Virus record (IMG/VR): IMGVR_UViG_3300044633_000521
Source of the DNA: a virus
Reading direction: 5' to 3' (one strand)
Length of the DNA: 64,000 bases
In this document: piece after piece, positions 18,819 through 28,599 of the stretch
Layout of the letters: each line of letters starts with the position of its first letter
Position numbering within the stretch: the first letter of the stretch is position 1
Position numbers and translations under genes: made by a program
Notes under the pieces: model-generated
Databases searched by the model: none
What the model was told of the DNA's origin: nothing
What the model saw: the letters and a program-made list of their open reading frames with translations, nothing else

Positions 18819-20081
18819 ATGACTACGCATGTCATAGATTTGTATGAGCTATTTTCGGGGTTATACCAGCCTAATTTAGATATAGGTATAGATTCAATAT
18901 TTGATAATTATAGAGCAAATCAAACTTCTCAGCCCGATCGTGTAGTCTTATTATGGCATCATGATTTTAATACAGAATTTTTTTACACTGTTCCGTATAC
19001 GTTAGAAAAATTTACAATTAAATTTGCTTCTATTGGCATCACAGATTTAATCTTTACTGTTAGTGACTTGGCGAAAGATTTTAGATCAGAGCTAAGTGCT
19101 TACAATGTAATATATCTCAGCAGTGTCATCTCAATGATAGATTATTACAATCCAATTATACCGACACCCAATCGAATCGAATACAAAAATAAATTTTTAT
19201 TTCTACCCGGTAAGTTAGATAAATTTAACAGGATAGGATTGTTGTCAGAACTGTATAAACATAATCTAATAGATGATAGATACGGTGAAATAAAAATTTC
19301 TACGCAACAACTATCATTGGACCTTGCTTTGTTTGTTGCGGCAGACATTGACTTTAACAAATTCATAAATCATCTAACTTCTTTTAAATCGACCGAATAT
19401 TTAGACAAGAAGTTTTCATATTTTGATTTAGCTGTTGATCTTCATAAAAAGACTAAATTTAGTTTAATTGCTGAAACTGAATTTAATACTAATAACAAAC
19501 AATTTATTTCAGAAAAAACATTTAAGGCTATAGTTAATAAGCATCCGTTTGTGTTAGCTGCCAATGTTGGTGTGCTATCGACACTTAAAAAAATGGGATT
19601 TAGGACTTTTGAAAATTACTTGCCTGTATCGGATTATGATTCAATAACTGATCCTAATCTAAGATTAACAGCTATTGTAAAAAATGTCCAAGGCATATTA
19701 GATATGTCTGATGACGAATTTTTACCGCTTAAACAAGACGCAGAGCATAACTTTAATATATTCGCAGAATTGGTACTTAATAATCGAGCAGAGCTAGCGG
19801 CAACAATTAATGAAACGAATATTAGTACTTTGCTAGATAATAAATCTATAATAGAACTTTTACATAGCAAAGCATTATATTACTACAACAATTTAGATAA
19901 GCTACAGACTCTAATAGAAAAAAATAATCAAACCCACCGTATCTATGATGATATGATCAACTGGCGAATATTTTATTCTTCGGTAAAAGGAGAAAACTGG
20001 CCAAAGTTTTGTGAACAAGATAAAATCAACACATTACCAGAATGGATTCAAAAAGAAATAAAAGAATTCCAAAATAGCTAG
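18819..20081 (+). CDS. Hypothetical protein, glycosyltransferase-like C-terminal region
   Basis: FSLIAET...FISEKTFKAI..KHPFV...LKKMGFRTF motif; more AT-rich than its flanks. Confidence 0.5.
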   Translation: MTTHVIDLYELFSGLYQPNLDIGIDSIFDNYRANQTSQPDRVVLLWHHDFNTEFFYTVPYTLEKFTIKFASIGITDLIFTVSDLAKDFRSELSAYNVIYLSSVISMIDYYNPIIPTPNRIEYKNKFLFLPGKLDKFNRIGLLSELYKHNLIDDRYGEIKISTQQLSLDLALFVAADIDFNKFINHLTSFKSTEYLDKKFSYFDLAVDLHKKTKFSLIAETEFNTNNKQFISEKTFKAIVNKHPFVLAANVGVLSTLKKMGFRTFENYLPVSDYDSITDPNLRLTAIVKNVQGILDMSDDEFLPLKQDAEHNFNIFAELVLNNRAELAATINETNISTLLDNKSIIELLHSKALYYYNNLDKLQTLIEKNNQTHRIYDDMINWRIFYSSVKGENWPKFCEQDKINTLPEWIQKEIKEFQNS

Positions 20082-20130
20082 ACTTTGTGATATTTTTGTA
20101 ATAAAATATACATATCAATTAGGAGTTTTT

Positions 20131-20793
20131 ATGAGTTCTATCATCGCTATCTGCGGCTTTATGGGATCTGGCAAAGATACTATAGCCGATTATCTAGTTA
20201 ATTTCCACGGTTACAAACGCGAGAGCTTTGCTAACAGCCTCAAAGATGCTATAAGTGTGATATTTGGATGGGACCGTGAGCTATTAGAAGGCCGTACTAA
20301 ACAATCTAGAGAATGGCGAGAAACTCGAGACGAGTGGTGGAGTGCTCGCTTAAAGCAAGACATCACACCGCGATATATTTTACAATATTGGGGCACAGAA
20401 GTAGTACGTAGGGGCTTCCACAATGATATGTGGGTAGCGAGCTTAGAAAATAGGCTACTTAACAGCAAAGACGATATTGTTATTACTGACTGCCGTTTTC
20501 CAAATGAAATTAAAGCCCTTAAAAACATTGGTGCTAAGGTGCTTAGAGTCAAACGTGGAGTAGAACCCGAATGGTATGAGCATGCTAAGAACTATAATAA
20601 AGGAATGAAGCGTATTGGCTGGGCAATAGGCAAGGATGTATTAGAAAAAGCTAATGTTCATGCCAGCGAGTACAGTTGGGTGGGCAGTAAGTTTGATCGA
20701 GTTATTGAAAATGATGGAACCATCGAAGAGTTGTATGCGCAGGTAGAAGCACTATTAAAAGTCGGGAACGAGGTCGCCCTGGCGCCAGCCTAG
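20131..20793 (+). CDS. Deoxynucleoside monophosphate kinase (T4 gp1-like)
   Basis: P-loop GFMGSGKDT, SFANSLKD, TPRYILQYWGTE, ITDCRFPNE, HASE. Confidence 0.9.
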   Translation: MSSIIAICGFMGSGKDTIADYLVNFHGYKRESFANSLKDAISVIFGWDRELLEGRTKQSREWRETRDEWWSARLKQDITPRYILQYWGTEVVRRGFHNDMWVASLENRLLNSKDDIVITDCRFPNEIKALKNIGAKVLRVKRGVEPEWYEHAKNYNKGMKRIGWAIGKDVLEKANVHASEYSWVGSKFDRVIENDGTIEELYAQVEALLKVGNEVALAPA

Positions 20794-21105
20794 CCCGTCA
20801 CGAGCTACTTCGTATTGGCAGTTGGCACATATTGTTCTTAAATTGGATAGACTATTATTGTTAAGATTACCATCAGTGTAGTAAACAAATAGTTGCTCTT
20901 TATATTTTGCCTTAAAGCCGCACTTTTCACAGTGCGGTTTCTTTTTGTAACCTGCCTTGTGCCAACTTGGCACAGGTGCGGCTTTATTTTTCTTTTTACG
21001 TATACAACTGTCACAACGAGTCCTATAATAGGTTACGCCTTCACGTTTATAGTTGATCGCTGCGGGTTTTTTGCCGCAAACCTCACATAATTTTCGCCAT
21101 TGCAT
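20755..21105 (-). CDS. Zinc-finger / degenerate HNH-like protein
   Basis: Four CxxC pairs; DGNLNNNSLSNLRTICANC HNH-like tail lacking the catalytic His; TAAATA-N5-ATG upstream. Confidence 0.65.
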   Translation of the reverse strand: MQWRKLCEVCGKKPAAINYKREGVTYYRTRCDSCIRKKKNKAAPVPSWHKAGYKKKPHCEKCGFKAKYKEQLFVYYTDGNLNNNSLSNLRTICANCQYEVARDGLGWRQGDLVPDF

Positions 21106-21205
21106 ACATCTATTTAGTTGAACCTTTTAAAGGGCACCTAACAGCACCGATTTTGATAATATAAAATAAATAGTTTAAAGTATTATTATAAAAGGATACT
21201 ATACT

Positions 21206-24200
21206 ATGGCACTAATTTCCCCAGGCGTACAAGTTACAGTTACTGACGAAAGTCAATACCAACCAACTGCAGCTGGTACTATACCTTTAATTCTTCTTGC
21301 AACAGCGCAAGACAAATTTAATCCCAGTGGCACACTAGCCACGGGCACTACAACAGTTAACTCTGATAAATTAATTACTATTACAAGTCAACGAGAACTT
21401 ATTAGTACATTTGGTTACCCATCATTCCAATTAGATGCGAATGGCAACCCAATCAATGCTAGTGAACTTAACGAATATGGTTTATTGGCCGCTTACAGCG
21501 CATTGGGCGTGGCCAATCGTGTTTATGTACAACGTGCTAATGTTGATTTAAATCAACTAACAGGCACAAGCGTTCGTCCAACAGGAGAACCATCTGATGG
21601 AGTTTATTGGTTAGATCAATCATTAACTACACTAGGTCTATTTGAATTCGATGCGTCGACTGGCGGATTTACAAATACTACAGTTACACCTATTACTGAT
21701 ACAGCATACTTGTCAGGGGCAACACCAATTAGTTCATACGGTGCTATTGGCGACTACGCTATTAATAGTACAGACGGAACAAATCCTTTATACTATAAAC
21801 GATACGACAATACATGGACACTAGTTGGTTCTGCTCCATGGCAGTTGTCTCAATCAACAATTACAGGTACTAGTATCCCTAGTGGTGGTACTGCGTTACA
21901 AATTGGTGACGCTTTGTGGATTAATAATGCTCAGGTTGCTATTTCAGGTACAACAGTAGCAGATGTAGCCGCAGATATTACAGCCGCACACATTAAAGGT
22001 GTTATTGCTACAGTTGATGCTGCTGGTTACTTAGAAATTCGTGCTAATGCGGCTGCTATTACTACAGGTAACGTTTCAGCTACACCTGATGGTAATGTTC
22101 GTATTAAATCAGATTTAACTTCCGATTGTGCTGTTAAATTGGGATTGTTTACTACTGCTGAAGTTACTGCTAATATTCACATATCAGGTAAAACTATAGC
22201 AACACCAACAATCCAATATGGCGATTATCGCGATACACCAGCATGGTTAGCTACAGATGCTTTACCAAGACCAACTGGTAGTGTATGGTTTAAAACAACG
22301 GCAATTGGCAACGGCGCCAATTGGGCATTTAAACAATACAATTCTTCTGCTTCTGCGTTCGGTTCAGTTAGTGCTCCGCTATACGCAAATGATAACGCTG
22401 CTATATTAGGACTAGATCCAACAGGTGGCGGCACACAAATTTCAGTAGGTGCTGTGTATGTAAGATACGACACAGCAGAGAACAACACAGCTAAATTTAC
22501 AGCCTATGTAAAAGACGTGGCCGGTTTACTAAAAATTACAGGTACAGCTACTAGCCCAACATTTAACGCTAGTCATGATCTTACTATTGAAGTTTCGGTT
22601 CCGGGTACAGTATCAACATCAAGTGCTACTATCAATTTAAGCGGTACTACAGCACAGAGTTTAGTGGCAGATATTTTAGCCGCTAATTTGCCTAATCTAG
22701 TAGCTAACGTAGAGTCGACTGGCGCAATTAGTTTAACACACCTAGCTGGTGGTACTATTCGACTTACTGATGTTGGCTCAGGAACTACCGTAGCTACTGC
22801 TGGTTGGAATAATGACAGTAATGTTACACTAGTTGGCACTAAAGAATATTTGGCAAGCCCATTTATTCCACTAACCTACACATTCTCTTCATCTGCTCCA
22901 TATAGCGACCCAAACAATGGTACATTATGGTATTATAATGATGCTACAGAAGTAGATATTATGATTAATGATGGCGCAGGATGGAAAGGATATAGCACAG
23001 TAAATAACGATGCTCGTGGTTATGATCTAACTGCTACTGACTCAGCAGGTCCTATTATTAGTACTTCTGCTCCTACAGTACAAAGTAATGGTAATCCGAT
23101 TGTTGCTGGTGACTTGTGGATTGATACAAGTAACCTATTTGCTTTCCCTGTAATTTATCGCTATGATGGCGCGGAATGGAATCTAGTTGATAACACAGAT
23201 CAAATTAGTTCAAACGGAATTACATTTGCTGATGTTCGTTGGGGTGTTGATGGAACAGAAGATCCGATCGTTGATACTTTACCACTAATTTCAGATTTAC
23301 TAAATTCATCTTACATCGACAGTGATGCTCCTGATTACGCATTATCACCACGTGGCGGCCTATTGTTTAATACACGTCGTAGCGGTTTCAATGTTAAACG
23401 TTTCGAGGGTAATTACTTAACAGACCACGCAAGTGTTGGCGCTAATTTTGTAGCGGCTACTTGGGTAACTCATAGTGGTGTTAATACTACTACAGGTGTT
23501 CCGTACTTTGGCGGATTTGCTCAACGTAATACAGTAGTCGAAGCATTAAAAGCGTCAGTTGAATCAAGTACAAATGTACGTGAAGAGCGTGTCGAATTTA
23601 ACTTAATTTGTGCTCCGGGTTACCCAGAACTAATTCAAAACATGATTACTTTAAATAACGATCGTAAACAAACAGCATTTGTTATTGGTGATAGTCCAAT
23701 GACGTTACAAAGTAACTCGACAGAAATCACTAATTGGGCCACTAATGCCGGCTTAGCTGCTGAAAATGGTTTATTTGGTCTTGTAAGTCGTAGCGAATAC
23801 TTGGGTGTTTACTACCCAAGTGGTTTAGCTACTAACTTAGACGGCAACAGCGTAGTTGTTCCTCCAAGCCACGCAATGTTACGTGCTATTATCCGTAGCG
23901 ACAATCAAAGCTATCCGTGGTTTGCTCCAGCAGGTGTGCGTCGTGGCGTATTGGATAATATTACAGCTATTGGTTATGTAGATGTTCTTGATAACTTTAC
24001 ATTTAAGAGCATTGGCGTAACAGTAGGCCTGCGTGATACATTGTATGAAAACAATGTTAACCCGTTAACAGTATTACCAGGTGTTGGTTTAGTGGCATAC
24101 GGTCAAAAAACACGTGCTAGTTCAACTACTGCGTTAGATCGTATTAACGTAGCCCGTTTAGTTTGTTATTTACGTCTAGTGCTTGATAAAACTGCTCGTC

Positions 24201-24457
24201 CGTATATATTTGAACCAAATGACACGATTACACGTAATCAAGTTAAATCATCATTCGAAGCAGTGTTAAATGACTTAGTTGCTAAACGTGGTATCTACGA
24301 CTACGTAGTGCAATGTGATGAAACAAACAACACACCAGATCGTATCGATCGTAATGAGTTGTATGTTGATATTGCTATTGAACCAGTTAAAGCAATCGAA
24401 TTCATCTATATCCCAGTTCGCATTAAAGGTACTGGCGAGATAGCTGCTGGACTATAA
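21206..24457 (+). CDS. Contractile tail sheath protein (T4 gp18-like)
   Basis: LISPGVQVTVTDES N-terminus; PWFAPAGVRRG, RDTLYENNVNP, GQKT, DRINVARL, FEPND, CDETNNTPDRIDRNE, PVKAIEFIYI. Confidence 0.95.
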   Translation: MALISPGVQVTVTDESQYQPTAAGTIPLILLATAQDKFNPSGTLATGTTTVNSDKLITITSQRELISTFGYPSFQLDANGNPINASELNEYGLLAAYSALGVANRVYVQRANVDLNQLTGTSVRPTGEPSDGVYWLDQSLTTLGLFEFDASTGGFTNTTVTPITDTAYLSGATPISSYGAIGDYAINSTDGTNPLYYKRYDNTWTLVGSAPWQLSQSTITGTSIPSGGTALQIGDALWINNAQVAISGTTVADVAADITAAHIKGVIATVDAAGYLEIRANAAAITTGNVSATPDGNVRIKSDLTSDCAVKLGLFTTAEVTANIHISGKTIATPTIQYGDYRDTPAWLATDALPRPTGSVWFKTTAIGNGANWAFKQYNSSASAFGSVSAPLYANDNAAILGLDPTGGGTQISVGAVYVRYDTAENNTAKFTAYVKDVAGLLKITGTATSPTFNASHDLTIEVSVPGTVSTSSATINLSGTTAQSLVADILAANLPNLVANVESTGAISLTHLAGGTIRLTDVGSGTTVATAGWNNDSNVTLVGTKEYLASPFIPLTYTFSSSAPYSDPNNGTLWYYNDATEVDIMINDGAGWKGYSTVNNDARGYDLTATDSAGPIISTSAPTVQSNGNPIVAGDLWIDTSNLFAFPVIYRYDGAEWNLVDNTDQISSNGITFADVRWGVDGTEDPIVDTLPLISDLLNSSYIDSDAPDYALSPRGGLLFNTRRSGFNVKRFEGNYLTDHASVGANFVAATWVTHSGVNTTTGVPYFGGFAQRNTVVEALKASVESSTNVREERVEFNLICAPGYPELIQNMITLNNDRKQTAFVIGDSPMTLQSNSTEITNWATNAGLAAENGLFGLVSRSEYLGVYYPSGLATNLDGNSVVVPPSHAMLRAIIRSDNQSYPWFAPAGVRRGVLDNITAIGYVDVLDNFTFKSIGVTVGLRDTLYENNVNPLTVLPGVGLVAYGQKTRASSTTALDRINVARLVCYLRLVLDKTARPYIFEPNDTITRNQVKSSFEAVLNDLVAKRGIYDYVVQCDETNNTPDRIDRNELYVDIAIEPVKAIEFIYIPVRIKGTGEIAAGL

Positions 24458-24469
24458 TCAATTAAGTAC

Positions 24470-24496
24470 GCAGATAATGGCCACGCCATTATCTGC
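24470..24496 (+). other. Perfect 11-bp hairpin between the sheath and tube genes
   Basis: GCAGATAATGG-ccacg-CCATTATCTGC with no U-tract. Confidence 0.6.
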
Positions 24497-24529
24497 TAAA
24501 ATGGCTAAATATATAAAAGGAATAACAAA

Positions 24530-25171
24530 ATGGCAACAGCGTCATTAAATAAATTTACAGTACCGTTGAGTACAAACCAAAGCGCAAGCGCACAAGGTTT
24601 GTTGATGCCTAAACTTAAATTCCGCTTCCGCGTGACATTTGAGAGCTTTGGCGTTAGTTCACCGAGTACTGAACTAACAAAACAAGTTATGGATTTTAAA
24701 CGTCCAACACTAACATTTGATCCTATCGAGATCCCAATTTACAACAGCAGAGTTTACTATGCTGGTAAACCAACTTGGGAAACAGTTACTTGTCAACTAC
24801 GCGATGATGCAGGTGGCGAAGTTACTCGTCGTGTTGGCGAGCAACTACAAAAACAATTTGACTTTATGGAACAATCTAGCGCCGCTACTGGTGTTGACTA
24901 TAAATTCTTAACACGGTTTGAAGTATTAGACGGCGGCAACGGAGCAGATACTCCATTAACATTAGAAACGTGGGAAATGTACGGTTGTTTCTTGACTAGT
25001 GTTGATTATGCTAATGCTGAATATAGTTCAAACGACCCTATGACAATCCAACTAACTATTCGTTATGATAACGCAATCCAGTACAAAGAAGGCAAAGTAG
25101 ATGGCGTTGGCTTTGCGATAGGTCAAGAAGCTGTGAAATCAGTCAAAGGCGTAGGTTCTATTACTGGTTAA
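24530..25171 (+). CDS. Tail tube protein (T4 gp19-like)
   Basis: Follows the sheath gene; PKLKFRFRV, YAGKPTWETVT..LRDD, W.MYGCF, IQLTIRYDNA. Confidence 0.9.
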   Translation: MATASLNKFTVPLSTNQSASAQGLLMPKLKFRFRVTFESFGVSSPSTELTKQVMDFKRPTLTFDPIEIPIYNSRVYYAGKPTWETVTCQLRDDAGGEVTRRVGEQLQKQFDFMEQSSAATGVDYKFLTRFEVLDGGNGADTPLTLETWEMYGCFLTSVDYANAEYSSNDPMTIQLTIRYDNAIQYKEGKVDGVGFAIGQEAVKSVKGVGSITG

Positions 25172-25196
25172 TCCAGACGAAAAATATAATAATAGT

Positions 25197-25224
25197 AAAG
25201 CCCGGTTAAAACCCGGGCTTTTTT
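25197..25224 (+). terminator. Intrinsic terminator
   Basis: AAAGCCCGG-loop-CCGGGCTTTTTT. Confidence 0.85.
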
Positions 25225-25256
25225 ATCTCGATAAATAATATAAACAGGATTAATAT

Positions 25257-26357
25257 ATGGCTGGTTTTTTAAACCAATTCTTTCAAGGGGTAAGCACCGG
25301 GACTGATCTAAAAGATTATCAGCATGCAGCCCGTACCTTTGTTGATGGTTTGTATCGTTTGGGCCCAAAATCTGGGGCAATGTTCCATGTGTTCATTGAT
25401 GTTAACCCTCAAATTTACCAACAAGACAATGCCAATCCTAGTACATTGTATGAAATAGGACTACTAGCAAAAACAGCAACCTTGCCGAAATTTACAGTAC
25501 AGAATAAAGTACTAAATGCCTACAATAGAAAAAATATAATACAAGAAAGAATTACATACGATCCAATAACATTAACGTTTCATGATGATAGTAGTGATAT
25601 CGTTCGTAATTTTTGGTACGGCTATTATTCGTATTACTATAGAGACTCTGACCACTCAGAGGAATTATATCATCAAGCTCACAAATACACAACACGTCAG
25701 GCAACCTCGTGGGGATACACTCCGTTGGGTACGGATGCGCCAAATTATATAAACAGTATTAGAATTTACAGCCTACATCAAAAAAGTTTTAGTTCATATA
25801 TATTGATAAATCCTACTATTACAAGTTTTCAACATGGGCAACACCAACAAGGTGAATATAATACCCTAGAACATTCGATGTCATTGGCGTACGAAGCTGT
25901 ACAGTACGAGTACGGTCCAGTAACTGATGGCACAGTTAGAGGCTTTAATATGGGTCACTATGACAATAGTCCTAGTCCACTGACTGCTTTGGGTGGGGGT
26001 ACACAAAGTATACTAGGTCCCGGCGGCCTGGTTGAAGGGGTGGGCGGCATTCTTACTAATTTACAAAGTGGTAATTTTGCTACAGCAGCAGTAACAGCGG
26101 CTAGAATGGGTACAAATTTTAAAGGAGCAAATCTTAAAACTATTGCTACCCAAGAATTTAATCAATTAGCAAAAGATGTTATCCGTGGGCAAAATACACA
26201 AAGTACAATATTTGTACCAACTCAAGCATCAGCGCAAAACGGTAGATCTACATCAATTTATGGTATACCCAAGGCCGCTAGTGCCAATAAAGTACTTAAT
26301 ATGAATTCAGCGGATTCATTAATACCGTCGATTGGGTTAGGTAGAATAGATTTATAA
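25257..26357 (+). CDS. Tube-like baseplate / tail tube initiator (gp48/gp54-like)
   Basis: AKTATLPKF...YDPITLTFHDD...YILINPTITSF tube-fold pattern; position after the tube gene. Confidence 0.6.
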   Translation: MAGFLNQFFQGVSTGTDLKDYQHAARTFVDGLYRLGPKSGAMFHVFIDVNPQIYQQDNANPSTLYEIGLLAKTATLPKFTVQNKVLNAYNRKNIIQERITYDPITLTFHDDSSDIVRNFWYGYYSYYYRDSDHSEELYHQAHKYTTRQATSWGYTPLGTDAPNYINSIRIYSLHQKSFSSYILINPTITSFQHGQHQQGEYNTLEHSMSLAYEAVQYEYGPVTDGTVRGFNMGHYDNSPSPLTALGGGTQSILGPGGLVEGVGGILTNLQSGNFATAAVTAARMGTNFKGANLKTIATQEFNQLAKDVIRGQNTQSTIFVPTQASAQNGRSTSIYGIPKAASANKVLNMNSADSLIPSIGLGRIDL

Positions 26358-26366
26358 GGATCAAAT

Positions 26367-26996
26367 ATGGCCGCAGTTGTTGGAAATTTACCCGTTGTTA
26401 CTGTAAACAACGTTACAGATGACTATTTTACTAATTTTTTCAAATCAGAAGTGAGTATTGATCCTAATGCTAACGAAGCTGTAATCGGATTCTTTCAGGC
26501 ATTTACTGGCGATAAAGAAACAGGCAAATTGCTCGCAGCATCTGTAGTCTATACAGCATCTACACGGGGTGTAGATCCTATGTCAATCATCGATGAATTG
26601 CGCCGCCTAAAAACAGGTAGAAAGACTGAAGTTAAAACCCCTGTTGATTCAGAAATGTTTATTAGTAGTTATACTTCTTACCAAACTGCTAATGCTGATA
26701 GAACTAACTATACAGCAGGCCAGTTGTTTTATATCCCTCTATTAAATGTGTTTTATGAATTAACTGAAAACTATAGACTAATAGCCTCTACAAAATATAA
26801 GGCAGAGTTAGTTACTGGTCCTCAAATAGAAGACCCTATATACAATTATTATGAAGTTCAATACAATTTTGAAGAAAATGAACTTAATGCTTACCTATGT
26901 ATGTTTTTGAATTTAGATCGTGTTAATACTAGCCTATTAGGAATTAACAACAGCCCAAAAACTAACAAATACATTCAACGTGCCATCTTACCATAA
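26367..26996 (+). CDS. Hypothetical virion-module protein
   Basis: ORF with Shine-Dalgarno in the structural operon. Confidence 0.6.
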   Translation: MAAVVGNLPVVTVNNVTDDYFTNFFKSEVSIDPNANEAVIGFFQAFTGDKETGKLLAASVVYTASTRGVDPMSIIDELRRLKTGRKTEVKTPVDSEMFISSYTSYQTANADRTNYTAGQLFYIPLLNVFYELTENYRLIASTKYKAELVTGPQIEDPIYNYYEVQYNFEENELNAYLCMFLNLDRVNTSLLGINNSPKTNKYIQRAILP

Positions 26997-27427
26997 TGAG
27001 CAAATACGCCAACGGCAAATATCAAATAAAGAACATAGAAAAGTACATAGGTAAAAGGTCACCCACGTATCGTAGTAGTTGGGAATTTACTTTTTGTAAT
27101 TTCTGTGATAATAATCCTGCTGTAGTTAGCTGGGCTAGTGAAGCTATTCAGATCCCATACTTTAATCCAGTTAGCGGTAAACAAACAATCTATGTGCCTG
27201 ACTTTTTGGTAGTATACGTAGACAAAAATCAACGTAAGCATACAGAACTAGTAGAAATCAAACCAAGTACACAAACTACAATGGAATCAGCTAAAAGCTA
27301 TCGCGATAAACTAAGCGTAGCTATTAATATGGCCAAGTGGGCCGCTGCTGATGCCTGGTGTCGTGCTAACAATATACGATTTCGTGTAATCACAGAATAC
27401 GATATCTTTAAAAATCTTAAACGATAA
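26996..27427 (+). CDS. Head completion nuclease (T4 gp4-like, TnsA-type)
   Basis: KYIG...YRSSWE..FC.FCDNNP.V..WASE...Y.PDF...VEIKP...N.AKW.AA...F.VITE. Confidence 0.9.
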   Translation: MSKYANGKYQIKNIEKYIGKRSPTYRSSWEFTFCNFCDNNPAVVSWASEAIQIPYFNPVSGKQTIYVPDFLVVYVDKNQRKHTELVEIKPSTQTTMESAKSYRDKLSVAINMAKWAAADAWCRANNIRFRVITEYDIFKNLKR

Positions 27428-27453
27428 TCTATAATAGTGTAAATAGTATTACT

Positions 27454-27957
27454 ATGACACAAAAACTATCCGAACTTTTTAACCTTCCTACTGAGGAAGA
27501 AACTACAGTAGAAGAAGCAGAAACAACCATTGAAGAAAATCGTGAGATGATCGAAGCTGTGGATACTGCTATTGATAAAATTGATGCTGCTTTACCGTTT
27601 GTTCATGATTTGGACGTCGGTGATAAAGAGCTTGATGAACTAAGCGACTTAGCTAAAGAAAAGTTCCAAGACTTAATTGACTTGGGTATGAATGTAGAGG
27701 CACGCTTTAGTGGGCACATATTAGCCACTGCTGGCACATTACTAGGCCATGCTATTACAGCTAAACAAGCTAAACTAGATCGCAAGATGCGTACTATTGA
27801 TCTACAACTTAAAAAAATGCGTTTAGATCAGCAGGCCGCCAAGGATGCTAACAAAAATGACGGTGATAAGTTGCTAGATGCAGAAGATGGGCAAGGCGTA
27901 GTCATTGACCGAAATGAACTACTGAAGCAAATATTATTAAACAACACTAAGAAGTAA
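27454..27957 (+). CDS. Probable terminase small subunit
   Basis: Helical 167-aa protein ending V.IDRNELLK.I, in the packaging neighbourhood. Confidence 0.55.
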   Translation: MTQKLSELFNLPTEEETTVEEAETTIEENREMIEAVDTAIDKIDAALPFVHDLDVGDKELDELSDLAKEKFQDLIDLGMNVEARFSGHILATAGTLLGHAITAKQAKLDRKMRTIDLQLKKMRLDQQAAKDANKNDGDKLLDAEDGQGVVIDRNELLKQILLNNTKK

Positions 27958-28001
27958 AGTTGTCAAATTAGCATAAATAACACTATACAGGACCTATAGG
28001 T

Positions 28002-28598
28002 ATGAAAAACTTTTTAGAACATTTAACTCAATCACAAAAAACATACGAATTTCGTATTAAACTAGCCAATATCGATCCAGCAGAAACAGTAGATCGTTTA
28101 AAAACTGCGTTAGATTCGTATGGTTTAGAAAGTCTTAGTGAAGCTAAACGCTTACCAATAATGGAAAGTGATATCGATTTCCCTAGCATGAAAAATTGTC
28201 AAATTTATCTAATGGATGCGGTGTTAACATATCCAGTAACTGATCAACAATTACGTGCTATAATTGCAGAACGTGCCGGATACCCGTCAGCTAATATAGT
28301 TGTAGTTCCTACTAACCATCCGGAAGAAGCCTGGCGCTGGAACTTAGAGGGTAATGAACTTCGTGAATTTAAAAAAGGCGAAGCAGTATTAGATAAACCT
28401 CTTGAGGAAACTTCTAATGGTGCTGGTAAATCATACGCAGAAGCAGGTACCTTGTTAAAAGAACTAAGCAAAGTAACATTTGATATAGCCGGCAACGATG
28501 AAACTAAGTCACAAACCTTAAATGATATTCCAACAGGCAACACAAGCCCAGTTGGCAGCACAAAAAATAAAATCCCATCAGCGGTAAAAGGACAATAA
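28002..28598 (+). CDS. Hypothetical protein (possible internal head protein)
   Basis: N-terminus MKNFLEHLTQ resembles T4 internal-protein targeting peptides; late promoter upstream. Confidence 0.6.
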   Translation: MKNFLEHLTQSQKTYEFRIKLANIDPAETVDRLKTALDSYGLESLSEAKRLPIMESDIDFPSMKNCQIYLMDAVLTYPVTDQQLRAIIAERAGYPSANIVVVPTNHPEEAWRWNLEGNELREFKKGEAVLDKPLEETSNGAGKSYAEAGTLLKELSKVTFDIAGNDETKSQTLNDIPTGNTSPVGSTKNKIPSAVKGQ

Positions 28599-28599
28599 A

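Noticed and set aside
20755-21105. Mobile homing endonuclease
   Set aside because: The HNH catalytic His is not evident, the protein is short and there is no intron context.
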